From: Cenococcum geophilum
Lineage: Eukaryota
DNA length: 64,000 nucleotides
Assembly (NCBI GenBank): GCA_050273025.1
Contig: CP158635.1
Span: 32,302,001 to 32,366,000, forward strand
Direction of reading: 5' to 3'
Shown here: in pieces, positions 12,551 to 27,526 of the stretch
Numbering within the stretch: the stretch's first letter is position 1
Layout: each line of letters starts with the position of its first letter
Notes under the pieces: model-generated
What the model was told of the DNA's origin: nothing
The model's input: the letters and a program-made list of their open reading frames with translations, nothing else
Database searches by the model: none
Made by a program: the position numbers and the translations under genes

Positions 12551-13170
12551 ATACCTAAAGCAATTTCTTCTTCCTTAACTGCTCGTTGTGCTCGCACTAT
12601 TACTACAATATTATCTCTTAGTGAGATTATACTATCTCCGTATTCTCACTGTTTAAAAAAGGGGTTGGTTTATATTACGTTAGCGAACCTATCTTTATAA
12701 CAACCGTCCTCTTATTTAAAGTGTACTAAAGCGAATATTTGTTTATCCTGCGACGTTCGCTCTACTTTTAATGCTAAATATACGCGACCTATTACTCTTA
12801 ATAGTTGTCTAGTTCCCTAATTAATTTGTCTTAAAGTCTTATATTTAATCTACTGCTACGCGGCTAGATAATAAACTGTCTATTACTCTTACTAAATTGC
12901 GCCATTCTTAGGATGCTAAATAGGAGGCTACCGATACTTAGTAATAGGCCCTTAAGTCTTATCTAGCGGCGTCTACTCGGCTAATCTGTCTTAAGAAGGT
13001 TTGTAAGAAGGTACGTTTTAAAGAGTAGAAACTTGTGGAATAAGGTTTATAGGAACTTAGCAATAAAAAAACGGATTCTCTTTTAATAGAGAAGGAAATA
13101 GATCCGAGTAGTTCGGCAACTATTCTTCTTAGGTCCCCCTTAGGTAACTTATTCTTTAGTAATTTTTCTT
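12551..13170 (+). pseudogene. antisense accessory ORF of B1 (Cys6 zinc-cluster-like motif plus coiled-coil-like tail)
   Basis: B1/B2 consensus (M)PKA..SP(C)SRC.KxGLVC...QPSS(C)xECTKAN..SCDVRS; end approximate. Confidence 0.6.
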
Positions 13171-14923
13171 TATTAATACTACCTAACCTAATCTCTTTTA
13201 ATACTCCTATACCTTTCTTATAGCGTTTTTCAAATTCTCTAGTAGCTCTTAGGTAGTCTTAGTATAGCCTATCTACTTAACCTTATACTATATTTTATTA
13301 TTAATGTCCTTATAATTAATAATCTTTAAAACTTGCTATTTATCTTCTTCTTATCCTTTATATATATCTACTTCGTAAACTAGTAGCTTAATATTTCTAT
13401 ATACTGGCTCTAGTATTGCGATATACTATATAGGGTAGATCTTTATTTTAGCTAGTAGGTTTAACTTAAACGTAACTAGTAAAATCCTTTATTTAATTTT
13501 AAAAGGTTCTAGTCTAATATAGTCCAACTTCTTGCTTAGTCATCAACTCTTAAAATTTTTGTATAGTAGCCACACTTTATCTCCCTCCTTAAGATCTGGT
13601 CCCTTAGATCTCCTAGCATTATAGTACCTTTTTATTCTTTTTTATACTTTCTTTACTAATTCTATAAGGTCTATATAAAGATTTATTAACGTCTTTATTC
13701 TTTCTTTAGCTATACTACTCGTTTTCTTTACTTACTATAGTAATAACGATATTCTTAGCTTATATTTATAATTTGCCTTAAATAGTAATATGCCTATTCC
13801 TTCTTAAGGTATTGCATTATATGCAAACTATATAACTGGTAATAGTAATACCCAATTATTCTGTGTATAATTAATATAATGCCTTAAATACTGTTCTAGT
13901 GTCTAATTTAATCTTTCTGTTTAACCGTCTATCTGTGGATAATATACAGTAGAAGTTACTGCTTAAACTCCTTACTCTACTAAGAATACTTCCTAGAATA
14001 CTGCTATAAATCTTAGATCTCTATCTAATATAATCTTACGTAGTGCTCTATATCTTATAAACACTTCTTTAACATAGATTCTAGTAACATCTTCCGCTAA
14101 TATTTCTTCTATATATACTATAAAGTATCCCCACTTTATAAGCTTGTCTACTATTACTAAGATTACGTTATAATCTTGTCCAGTAATAGGGTCTCTTAAC
14201 TTTAGTAACTTAATAATAAAGTCCTATAATATAACCTCCTATAGTCTCTCTAGTATTTTAATAGGTTATAGCCCTCTATATAGCTTATGCCTTATTAGTT
14301 TATTCCTTTAGCAATCTAGACACTCTTTTATTACTTTTTTATAATATTCCAGATTCTATTAATAATGTACTCCTCCTAGAGTCTTAACACTAAGCCTGTA
14401 GCTCCATTATGTCCTTAAGTTAATCCCTTATAGAATTCCTCTATAAATTGCTCTGCTATGCTTCTTAGGATATACTTTACTTCTCGGTTTTTGTATATAT
14501 CCGTCTATAGATCTTCTAGCTATACTTCTAGAATTCTTTATACCTAAAAGCTCTCTAGTGTTTCGTAAACTTTCTCTAGTTTACTGCTTTTTTAAGTTGC
14601 TGCAATTTTTGGATAATTATACCTAATTAATCCGTCTATGTCTTTTCGCAGTAAAGCCCCTAATGGCCTTTTATCACTTTGTAGTTTAGCTTTACGGCTT
14701 AGAGCGTCTGCCTGCGTGTTATCTATACCCTTAGTATACTAAATCTTAAAATAGTATTCCGTAAGTATCTCTGCCTATCTAATATATCTTTAGTTAAGTT
14801 CCTTTATTATTAGGAATCCTATTAGGTTCTTATAATCCGTTTTAACCACAAATAGTTTCTCTATACCTTATAAGAATGCTCTCTATTCCTTTAGTGCTAT
14901 AATTATACCTAATAACTCCTTGT

Positions 14924-15348
14924 TGTTACGGACGCTTTAAGTACAATGTTACGACTACTTGGAGAGGAGTTGGAAGAAGCTAGTTGGTTAATACAAGCAC
15001 GGTCCAGGATGGAACCCGTGGAACTATATGACGAGGAATAGTAAGCAGAGTTACGTGATGTGATCTGTATAATCTGTATAATCTATAAGATCTGTTGTAG
15101 AGCGAATAGAGCAGATAGAACAGACAGAGCAATAACTTTCTTAGGAGTACGGTCGTGTATTTAAGGACCCTTAGTCCCTACCTAGATAGTTCCTTCCTTA
15201 TAGTAATTCTTAGAATATAATTGGAGTTAATCTGTTGGGTAACTACTCCACCAGTTATTATTACGTTATTGACTTTTATACTTGCATTTCCTACATACCT
15301 AGCCTATTAACGAACCCATTGTAGTTTTTGCTATAAGGTTCCGTTATA
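14924..15348 (+). repeat. Gypsy B2 5' LTR
   Basis: Pairs with 22450-22874. Confidence 0.95.
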
Positions 15349-18300
15349 TAATTACTACTTAGTTATAGTATTAATATAAGAAGTTAAACAATATACCACT
15401 AAAAGTAGCCACTATAACGCTATTAACGGCAGCAACTACTTTAAGAATAGGAGGTGATACTAGTATAGTAGATACTGACTTATAGCAACCTATAACGGTC
15501 AGATAGCTATAGGAAATAGTTGACTAGCTAATAGCTAATAATATAGTATTGGAAGAAAGACTTAATGGGATAGGAGTAGTAAAGATTAAGCTACTATTAA
15601 TTAAGAGATTTATAGGGGAGAAGTTAAAGCTTAAAGGATTCTTTATGTAGATGTACTTTAAGGTCTTATAGGAGGGAGCAAAGTTACCTATACCTATGGA
15701 TTGGATAGCCTATATAGGACTATTCTTGTTAGGAAAAGCACTTAAGTAGTTTAAACTTTACCTTATAGAGATATAGGCAAATGGAATAACGACCACTAAT
15801 TAAGACGTGCGATTTATGTTCTTAAGTTAGGAAGGATTTGCAAAACAACTTATACAGATATTTAGAGACCTAGAAGGAATAACTATAGTGGAAAGAAAAC
15901 TCTAGAACCTCGTGTAATAAACTTTAGTAATTAAGTATATAATATAGTTCTAGACACTAGTAATATAAGTAGAGTAGAATAATAGGGCGCTTATGGCATA
16001 GTATAAATAGGGACTTAAGGCTAAAGTCTAGGACATAATTATCCTAATAGAAGATGCGGATACCCTAAGGGAACTAATAGATTAGGCGATTAAGATTAAT
16101 AATTAGATCTACTAAAGGGAATAGGCTAAGAGAGGCTAGGATAGAGTTTTATAGTTATATAAGGCGTAGAGTACGCAATAATAAAAGCTAAGTTAGAAAC
16201 TATGGTATAGCGTAGAGCTAATGGACCTAAGCGGTACTAAAGAAGCCTATAAGAGATAGAGTAAACTATGGAAACCTAAAGGATAAGGATTAAGTAATTA
16301 AAGGTCTAAGGAGCAGAGGCCGAATCAGGGATCTTAATAGCAGAAGATATTTAGGCGGACTCTATAATAAGAGAAATGGTTTAAAGAAGGAGCTTATATA
16401 AATTGCGGAAAATAGGGTTATTACGTTAGAGACTATAAAAGTGGGTAGAGTTACTATATAGTAAAAGGTATAAGACTAGTAGACGATATATACGTATAAA
16501 GGGACGATAATGTGCTATGAGGAACAAAAGAGTGTTTAATTAAAAGTTTTGCGTTTTGTTATAATAATGTATGCTAAATTTATAAGGACGCTAAGTATAG
16601 CGTAAGCTATTAGCTATAGGAGCTAGCACCTATAGGATATAGAGGAACTAATAAACTAGTTCGCAGATCGGATATTAAGGATAATGAATTTGACCTAAGC
16701 GAAACATTCCGTAATAATAAGGTAATAAGGGCCGCTTACTAGGAGTGAGCAGATCTTGGAGATATTATACTAAAGGTAGAGGATAATTCTATTATAGAAT
16801 AAGGAATATTAGTAGGGATTAAAACCCTATTAAATACGATATTTATCGCTTCGCGAGACGTAAGAGAAGTAGGATAGCGAACTACTTTAGCACTTAATAA
16901 AGGTAAAAAGCCAAAGGCTTAAGATTCTTAAGATGAGATAAGAGACGACTAAGATTCTTAAGATGAGATAAGGTAAGCTTAAGGACCTATAACGGATAGA
17001 AACCGATGGAGTAGAGCAGTAGCTTAGTTTAAAGATATATAAATAAGCTTGGGATAAGAATTCCTAACGGTATAAGATTTTTAAGATAAGATAAGTGAGA
17101 TCTAGGACTCTTAAAATAAGATGAGGACACTAGTTAAGCCTAGTTAGACTAAGGTAAGGGCTAAGCTTAGGTTAAAAGTAAGCTTGGGATTAAAGAACCT
17201 AAGGGGTTAAGAATTTGGGGTATAAATTAGGACACCTACAAACAAGAGGCTAGGAGCTTCTTTATAAATTAGAGAATCTGTGGTATAAAGAGTAATTAGA
17301 CTGGGAGACGAATATATAGACCTAGAAGAGTTACTAGTTAAATAAAGTGTTTAGACTAAAGATTGAAAAGCTAATATTAGGATTAAGAAGTAAGACGACT
17401 TTAAGGATTAGAGCATAAGGCGTAAACTAAAAGAAACTATAAAAGAGTTTAGGTAAAGAATTATCGCATAGCAAGAATAGAAACTAGATAAAAGATCTAG
17501 TATATTGGGACGTATAAAGGACAGAGCACTAATATAAAGAATTATTAATAGGCTGAGAGTAGGTATACTAAGAGCTAAGTGGCTTACTAAACTGGAATAA
17601 GAAGAGGATCTAGGGATTCCTACTAGGTTTAAGGAACAATATACTAAAGGCTATTATAATGTAGTAATAAAGAGATATTTCCTTATAGATAGACCGTATA
17701 TACTCTAGCAGCTATATTAAAAGTGGTATAGGCAATAATATAGTGATAAGTAGGAAGATTTCTATATATGGTTAGATGAAAAAGTTATCTAAGACTACCT
17801 AATTATAGAGAAGGCCATAACGCATATTAAAGGAGCCTTAATTATAATGTTAAAGGATCTAAAGGAATGTTTAGAGGACTAGAGAAGCAAAAGGCGTATC
17901 TTAGTACCTGTAAATAAAGTTGTAACGTTTAGATTAGTACGATAAAGGTTTAAACTTAAGAATAAAGATAAGCTAAGAGTTAACCTAAAGCACCTAGTAC
18001 ACTATATAATATTATAGATTGCGTGTGTGGATAATATATACGAAATATATAAGAATCTAAAAGAAAAAAATTAGAAATACCCTATAAGGATATACTAGAT
18101 AATAGATAAGTAATAGTATAGGAATGCTAAATATATATATGGATAGCATCTAATAGAAACCTAAGAGGAAGGAAGTTTAGTACTTTAACTAGGAAGATTC
18201 CTTACAGAAGAATGCTTAGATAGATAATAGTAGTGGGAATGCCTAGAAAATATATGTTTATAGTATATTAAAAATAAAAAGCGAACTAGGTATTAGCTAA

Positions 18301-21300
18301 AGAGCGAGCTAAGTATACTAGGATTAAGTAGCTAATAGTTAGGAAAAGTAGAGGCCTATAGAACTAGAGGAAGCTAGTAGTAGAGCCTTAGACCCTTAAA
18401 GGAATTTAAGGACAACACCTAAATTTATAAATTAATTAGTAAGATTAGCAGTTTAAAGCGCTAATAGATAGTAGAGTAATGCGAAACTATATCTTACTAA
18501 TAGTAGTTAAGAGAATAGGGCTACCTTATAGATAAAAGGAGCAACCTTACCTATTAGTTATAATTTTAGGAGATCTAATAACCTATAAAGGAGGGATTAT
18601 TAATCTTAAAATAGGACCTATTTAGATAACTATTAAAGAAAGATAAATTGAGATGTCTTTTAATATCCTACTATTAGGACGGGACGAGGCAGTATTAGGT
18701 ATGCCTTGGTTATAGGAATATAATCTAAAAATCGATTGGGTTATAGGTTAAATTAATATTAGAAATATTTAACGCCATAAGATATAATAATAAGCCAAAA
18801 TAGTATGGTACTAAGTAGGAGCAACCTATAAAGAAATAGAAAGAGGACTAAGCTATATACTAAAGAGATACTATAAGTATAGTAAGAAACTATAGTCACC
18901 GGAAAGTGAAAAGTTATTAGAATATGTAGTATAAGACTATAAAATAGAGTTAGAACTAGGAATAAGTTTAAGGTTTTTCCTAATCTATAAGCTTACCGAA
19001 AAAGAAGGTAAAGTGTTAAAGGAGTTTATCTAGGAAAATCTATGAAAGGGATATATTAGACCATCGCAATTATTAGTAAATTATCTAGTACTATTTATAC
19101 TAAAGAAAAATGGCAAATTAAGGCTATGTATTAACTATAGATAGTTAAATAGCATTACTAGGAAGGATAGGTATCCTTTATCCTTAATTAGTGAAATTTA
19201 AGATAGGATAGGTAATGTGTAAATCTTTACGAAGATAGATCTAAGATGGGTATACTATTAGATTAGGATTAAGGAAGGTAACAAATAAAAGGCAGCCTTT
19301 AGGTTAAAGGAAGGACTATATAAACTATTAGTTATATAATTTAGGCTTATAAACGCACTAGTAATATTTTAGAAGTATATTAACAATATATTAGGAGAAT
19401 ACTTAGATAAATTTATTATAGTATATTTTAATAATGTTATTATCTACTTAATAACTAAGGAAGAATATAGGGAATACGTTAAATGGGTTTTAAAGAGACT
19501 ATAAAAAGAATAGATGCTAGTAGCGATTAAGAAATACGAGTTCTTTACTAGGAAGACTAATTTTATTAGATTTATTATTAAACTAGGCCAACTTAGCATA
19601 GATCTAAAGAAGATTAAGGCTATAGTAAATTAGTAGGAACTAGAGAACGTTATATAGTTAAAATCGTTTTTAGGGTTTTATAATTACTGCAGAAGGTTTA
19701 TAGTGCAATAGTTAAAGGATATTAAGCCATTTACACGGTTAATAAAGAAAGAAGAACTATAGGTATAGGGGGAGGAGTAAAGAGAACTCTTTAAAAAAGT
19801 TAAAGAGTTATTTACCTAGGAGCTAGTTCTTAAAATCTATTAACTAGGACTAGAGACGGTTGTAGAAATAGATGTATTAGACTATATACTAGGGGCGTAC
19901 TTTATATAAAGGTATTAAGATAAATGGCACCCAGTAGTATACTATAGTTGGAAGATAATACTACCGGAGTTAAACTATAACATCTATAATAAGGAGTTAT
20001 TAGGTATAGTTATAGTATTAAAGAAATAGAGAGCATTCTTATAAGGCATAAAGAAACTATTTGTGGTTAAAACGGATTATAAGAACCTAATAGGATTCTT
20101 AATAATAAAGGAACTTAACTAAAGATAGGTTAGATAGGTAGAGATGCTTATAGAATACTATTTTAAGATTTAGTATACTAAAGGTATAGATAATATGCGG
20201 GTAGATGCTCTAAGCTATAAAGCTAAACTATAAAATGAGGAAAAGCCATTAGGGGCTTTATTGCGAAAAGATATAGACGAATTAATTAGGTATAATTATC
20301 CGAAAATTATAGTAACTTAAGAAGACGATAAACTAGAAAAAGTCTATAAGACACTAGAAAGCTTTTAGGTATAAAGAATTCTAGAAGTATAGCTAGAAGA
20401 TTTATAGACGGATATATATAAGAATTAAGAAGTAAAGTATATCCTAAGAAGCATAGTAGAGTAGTTTATAGAGGACTTTTATAAGGGACTAACCTAAGGA
20501 TATAATGGAGCTATAAGCTTAATATTAAGACTTTAGGAGGAGTATATTATTAATAGAATCTAGAGGATAGCTAGAAAGATTATAAAGGAATATTTAGATT
20601 ACTAAAGGAATAAACTAATGAGGTATAAGCTATATAGAGGGCTATAACCTATTAAAATACTAGAGAGACTATAGGAGGTTATATTATGGGACTTTATTAT
20701 TAAGTTGCTAAAATTAAAAGATCCTATTACCGGATAAGATTATAATATAATCTTAGTAATAGTAGATAAGCTTACGAAGTAGGGATACTTTATAGCATAT
20801 ATAGAAGAAATCTCAGCGGAAGATATCGCTAGAATCTATATTAAAGAAGTATTCGTAAGATATAGAGCACTAAGTAAAATTATATCAAATAGAGATCTAA
20901 GATTCGTAGCAGCATTCTAGGAAGTATTCTTAGCGGAGTAAGGAGTTTAAATAGTAACTTCTACCGCATATTATTTGCAAATAGACGGTTAAACGGAAAA
21001 ATTAAATTAGACGCTAGAGCAGTACCTAAGGCATTATATTAATTATATACAGAATAATTAGGTATCGCTATTACTAGTTATATAGTTCGCATATAATATA
21101 ACACCTTAAGAAGGAATAGGTATATTACTATTTAAGGCAAATTATAGATATAAGCTGAGAACATTGTTATTACTATGGTAAGTAAAGAAAATAAGTAGTA
21201 CAGCTAAAGAGAGAATAAAGATATTAATAAATCTTTATGCAGACCTTATAGAATTAGTAAAGAAAGTATAAGAGAGAATAAAAAAGTACTATAATGCTAA

Positions 21301-21749
21301 GAGATCTAAGGGACTAGATCTTAAGGAGGGAGATAAAGTATAGCTACTATATAAAAATTTTAAGAGTTAACGACTAAGTAAGAAATTGGACTACATTAGA
21401 CTAGGACCTTTTGAAATTATATAGAGGATTTCACCGGTTACGTTTAAGTTAAACCTACTAGCTAAAATAAAGATCTACCCTATATAGTATATCGCGATAC
21501 TAGAGCTAGTATATGGGAATATTAAGCCACCAGTTTATAAAGTAGACACGTATAGAGGATAAGAAGAAGACGAATAGTAAGTATTAAAGATCATTAATTA
21601 TAAGAACATTAACGACGAGATATGGTATAAGGTTAAGTAGATAGGCTATACTAAGACTACCTAGGAGCTACTAGAGAATTTAAAAAACGCTATAGGAAAG
21701 GTATAGGAGTATTAGAAGAAATTAGGTTAGGTAGTATTAATAAAGAGGG

Positions 21750-22341
21750 ATTACTAAAGAATAAGTTACCTAAGGGGGACCTAAGAAGAGCAGTTGCTAA
21801 ACTACTTAGATTTATTTCCTTCTCTATTAGAAGAGAATCCGTTTTTTTATTACCTAGTTCCTGCAGACCTTATTTTATAAGTTTTTACTTTTTAAAGCGA
21901 ACCTTCTTATAAATGCGTTAAAGACGTTAAACTTTTATAAAGGTAGACTGCTAAGCCTTAAGGGTATGAGTAGATTCTTTGGATCGACGATAGGCTTCCG
22001 CTAATACTGCGGCAAGATTACCCTTAAGTTTTTCCGCCTTAGATTAAATATAAGACCCTAAGATAAATTAATTAGGGAACTAGACAACTATTAAGAGTAA
22101 TAGGTCGCGTATATTTAGTATTAGAGATAGAGCGAACATTATAGGATAACTAAATATTCGCTTTAGTGCACTCTAAATAAGAGGAAGGTTACCGAGATAA
22201 AGGACTCGCTAACATAACGCAAACTAGCCCCTCTTTTACATAACGAGAATATAGAGATGGTATTATCTCACTAAGAGACAATATTATAGTAATAGTACGA
22301 GACCAACGGGCTATAGAAGAAGAAGAAGGTGCTTTAGGTAT
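21750..22341 (-). pseudogene. antisense accessory ORF of B2
   Basis: Homologue of 12551-13170 (GLVC, ECTKAN). Confidence 0.6.
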
Positions 22342-22449
22342 TATAAGTAATAATATTAACTAAATTAATTAGACGGATATTATACCTCTAGTAAATAACC
22401 TAGAGATACTAGGTATCTTTAAGGACAAAGATAGAGAGGAGGGAAATAG

Positions 22450-22874
22450 TGTTACGGACGCTTTAAGTACAATATTATAACTACTTAGAGAGGAGTTAGA
22501 AGAAGCTAGTTAGTTAATATAAGTATAGTCTAAGATAGAACCCGTGGAACCATATAACGAGGAATAGTAAGTAGAGTTATATAATGTGATCTATATAATC
22601 TATATAATCTATAAGATCTATTATAAAGTAAATAAAGTAGATAGAATAGATAGAGTAATAACTTTCTTAGGAGTACGGTCGTGTATTTAAGGACCCTTAA
22701 TCCCTACCTAGATAGTTCCTTCTTTATAGTAATTCTTAGAATATAATTAGAGTTAATCTATTAGGCAACCACTCCACCAGTTATTATTACGTTGTTGACT
22801 TTTATACTTGCATTTCCTATATACCTAGCCTATTGATAAACCTATCGTAGTTCTTGCTATAAGGTTCCGTTATA
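22450..22874 (+). repeat. Gypsy B2 3' LTR
   Basis: Preceded by PPT agagaggagggaaatag; followed by TSD CTTGT. Confidence 0.95.
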
Positions 22875-25800
22875 CTTGTTATAAATATTATAGTTTAACT
22901 CTAGTAGTGTTATCTTTCGACTATAGTATACCACTAGGTGCTATCTATCTTAATGTTTTTATATAAAGTATACCCCTAGTATATAGTCTAATGTATTTAT
23001 TTCTACAACTGTCTCTAGTCCTAGTTAATAGATCTTAAGAACTGGCTCCTAGGTAAACAACTCTTTAACTTTTTTAAAGAGTTCTCTCTGTTCCTCTCCC
23101 TATGCCTATAGTTCTTCTTTCTTCATTAATCGCGTAAATGGTTTAATGTCCTTTAACTACTACGCTATAAACCTTCTATAGTAATTATAAAACCCTAGGA
23201 ATAATCTTAACTGTATAATATTCTCTAGTTCTTGCTAATTTACTATAGCCTTAATCTTCTTTGGATCTATACTAAGTTAGCCTAGTTTAATAATAAATCT
23301 AATAAAATCGGTCTTCCTAGTAAAAAACTCGCATTTCTTAATTACTACTAGCATCTGTTCTTCTTATAGTCTCTTTAAAACCCATTTAACATGTTCTTTA
23401 TATTCTTCCTTACTTATTAAGTAGATAATAATATCGTTAAGATATACTATAACAAATTTATCTAAGTATTCTCCTAATATATTATTAATACGCTTCTAGA
23501 ATGTTACTAGTACGTTTATAAGCCCGAATTATATAACTAATAGTTTATATAGTCCTTTCTTTAACCTAAAGGCTGCCTTTTATTCGTTGCCTTCCTTAAT
23601 TCTAATCTAATAGTACGCCTATCTTAGATCTATCTTTGTAAAGATTTACATATTACCTATCCTATCTTAGATTTCGCTAATTAAGGGTAAAGGATACCTA
23701 TCCTTTCTAGTAATGCTGTTTAACTGCCTATAGTTAATACACAGTCTTAGTTTACTATTCTTTTTTGGTATAAATAGTACTAGATAACCCGCTAATAATT
23801 ATAATAGTCTAATATATCCCTTTCTTAAGTTTTCCTAGATAAACTCTTTTAATGCTCTACCTTCTTCTTTAGTAAGCTTATAGATTAAAAAAAACCTTAG
23901 ACTTATTCCTAGTTCTAACTCTATCTTATAATCCTATACTATATACTCTAATAGCTTTTTACTTTCTAGTAACTATAGTTTCTTACTATACTTATAGTAT
24001 CTCTTTAGTATATAACTTAAGCCTCGCTTAGTCTCTTTATATATCGCTTTAACTTAGTACTATACTAACTTAGCTTATTATTACATCTTATAGCGTTAAG
24101 TATCTTTAATATTGACCTAACCTATAATTTAATTGATCCTTAGATTATATTTCTATAACTAAGGCATCCTTAATACTGCCTTATCCCGTCCCAATAGTAG
24201 GATATTAAAAGACATCTCTATTTGTCTCCCTTTAATAGTTAACTAAATAGGTCCTATTTTAAGATTAATAATCCCTCCTCTATAGGCTATTAGATCTCCT
24301 AAAATTATTACTAATAGGTAAAGTTCCTTCTTTTATCTATAAGGTAATCCTATCCTTTTAACTACTACTAGTAAGATATAGTTTTTTATTACTCTACTAT
24401 CTATTAGCGCTTTAAACTGCTAATCTTACCATTTAATTCTTAAATTTAGGTGTTATCCTTAAATTCCTTTAAGGGTCTAAGGCTCTACTACTAGTTCCCT
24501 TTAGTTTTATAGGCCTCTACTTTTCCTAACTATTAGCTGCTTAATCCTTATATACTTAGCTCACTCTTTAGCCAATACTTAGTTCGCTTTTTGTCTTTAA
24601 TATACTATAGATATATATTCTTTAGGCATTCCCACTACTATTATCCGTCTAAGCATTCTTCCGTAAGGAATCTTCCTAGTTAAAGTATTAAATCTCCTTC
24701 CTCTTAGACTTCTGCTGGATGCCATCTATATATATATTTGGCATTTCTATACTATTACTTATCTATTATCCAGTATATCCTTATAGGGTATTTCCGATTC
24801 TTTTCCTTTGGATTCTTATATATTTCGCATATATCGTCTACGCATATAATCTATAATAGCGTATAGTGTGCTAGGTGCTTTAGGTTAACTCTTAGCTTGT
24901 CTTTATCCTTAAATTTAAACCTCTATCGTGCTAATCTAAACATTATAACTTTGTTTATAGGTATTAAGATACGTCTCTTACTTCTTTAGTCCTCTAATCG
25001 TTCCTCTAGATCCTTTAATATTATAATTAAGGCTCCTTTAATATAAGTTATAGCCTTTTCTATAATTGGGTGGTCCTATATAACTTTCTTTTCTAACTAT
25101 ATATAGAAATCTTCCTACTTATTATTATACCTCTGCCTATACCACTTTTAGTATAGCTACTAGAGTATATATAGCTTATCCGTAAGGAAGTATCTTCTTA
25201 TTACTACGTTATAACAGCCTTTTATATATCATTTTTTAAACCTAGTAGGAATTCCTAGATCCTCTTTATCTTCTAGTTTAGTAAGCTACTTAGCTCTTAG
25301 TGTGCCTACCCTAAGCCTATTAGTAATTCTGCGTACTAGCGCTTAGTCCTTTATACGTCCTAATATGCTAAATCTCTTATCTAGTTTCTGTTCTTACTAT
25401 ACGATAATTCTTTACCTAAACTCTTTTATAGTTTCTTTTAGTTTGCGCCTTGCGCTCTAATCCTTAAAGTTGTCTTACTTTTTAATCCTAGTATTAACCT
25501 TTCGATTTTTAGTTTAAACACTTTATTTAACTAGTAAGTCCTCTAGGTCTATATATCTATCTCCTAGTCTAATTGCTATTTATATTGCAGATTCTCTAAT
25601 CTATAAAGAAGCTCTTTACCTCTTATCTATAGGTGTCCTAATTCGTACTCCAAATTCTTAATCCTTTAAATTTCTTAATCCTAAGCTTACTTCTAACTTA
25701 AGCTTAGCTCCAGCCTTAGTCTAACTAGGCTTACTTAGTATTCTTATCTCATCTTAAAAGTCTTAAATCTCACTCGTCCCGTCTTAAGAATTTTATACCT

Positions 25801-27526
25801 ATAGGAATCTCTATCCCAAGCTTATTTATATATCTTTAAACTAAGCTACTGCTCTACTCTATTGGTTTTCGTCCGTTATAGGTCCTTAAGCTTACCTTAT
25901 CTCGTCTTAAGAATCTTAGTTATCTCTTATCTCATCTTAAGAATCTTAAGCCTTTAGCCTTTTACCTTTATTAAGTGCCAAAGTAGTTTACTACCCTACT
26001 TCTCTTACATCTCGTAAAGCGATAGACATCGTATCTAGTAGGGTCTTAATCCCTACTAATATTCCCTATTCTATAGTGGAATTATTCTCTACCTCTAGTA
26101 TAATATCTCTAATAGCTGTGTATTCCTAGTAAACCGCTCTAGTTACCTTATCGTTACGGAATATTTCGCCTGCGTTAAATTTATTATCCTTAATATCCGA
26201 TCTGCGAACTAGTTTATTAGTTCCTCTATATCCTATAGGTACTAGCTCCTATAGCTAATAGCTTATACTATACTTAGCGTCCTTATAAATTTGGTATGCG
26301 TTATTATAACAAAACGCAAAACTTTTAATTAAATATTCTTTTGTTCCTTACAGCGCATTATTATCCCTCTATACATGTATATTATCTACTATTAGTCTAA
26401 TTCCCTTTATTATATAGTACTTCTAACCATTTTTACAATCCCTCGCAAAGTAACCTTATTTTCCGTAATTTATATAAGCTCCCTCTCTAAACCATTACTT
26501 TTACTATAGAGTCTACCTAAACATCTTCTGCTGTTAAGATCCCTGGTTTAGCCTCTACTCCTTAAACCTTTAATTACTTAATTCTTATCCTCTAGGTTTC
26601 TACGGTTTCTTACTCTATCTCTTATAGGCTTCTCTAGTACTACTTAGGTCTATTAGCTTTACGCTATACTATAGTTTTTAACTTAGCTTTAGTCGTTACG
26701 TACTCTACACCTTATATAACTGTAGAACTCTATCCTAACCTCTCTTAGCCTATTCCCTTTAGTAGATCCAATTATTAATTTTAATTACTTAATCTATTAG
26801 TTCCCTTAGGGTATCTATATCTTCCATTAGGATAATCACGTCCTAGACTTTAGCCTTAAGTCCCTATTTATACTATGCCATAAGCGCCCTATTATTCTAC
26901 TTAACTTATATTACTAACGTCTGGAACTATATTATATACTTAATTACTAAGGTTTATTACGTAATATCTTAAAGTTTTCTTTCCGCTATAGTTACTACCT
27001 CTAGGTCTCCGAACATTTATATAAGTCGCTCTATAAATCCATTCTAGCTTAAGAATATAAACCGTACCTCTTAGTTTATAGTTATTATTCCATTTACCTA
27101 GATCTCTATAAAGTAAGGCTCAAACCATTTAAGTGCTCTTCCTGTTAAGAACAATCCTACGTATGCTATTTAATCCATAGGTATTACCAGCTTAGCTCCC
27201 TCTTGCGTAACCTTAAAGTGCATTTATATAAGGAATCCTTTAAGCTTTAATCTCTCTCCTAAGTACCTTTTAATCAATAGTAACTTAACCTTTACTGCGC
27301 CTATCCCGTTAATCCTATTTTCCAATATTATATTATTTTCTATTAGCTAGTTAACTATCTCTTATAACTATCTAACCGTTATAGGTTGCTATAAGTCAGT
27401 GTCTGCTATACTGGTATTATTACCTGACCTTAATATAGTTGCCGCCGTCAATGGCGTTATGGTAGCTGCTTTTAGTGGTATATTATTTAACTTTCTATAC
27501 TTAATACTATAACTAGGTAGTGATTA

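Larger units (their letters stand above)
14924..22874 (+). mobile_element. Ty3/Gypsy chromovirus B2 (7951 bp), inverted inside the RNase H of B1
   Basis: 425-bp LTRs at 14924-15348 and 22450-22874; exact TSD CTTGT; CCHC knuckle ~16390; PR ALIDS(G) ~18460; RT ~19420; chromodomain ~21570-21690. Confidence 0.95.
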
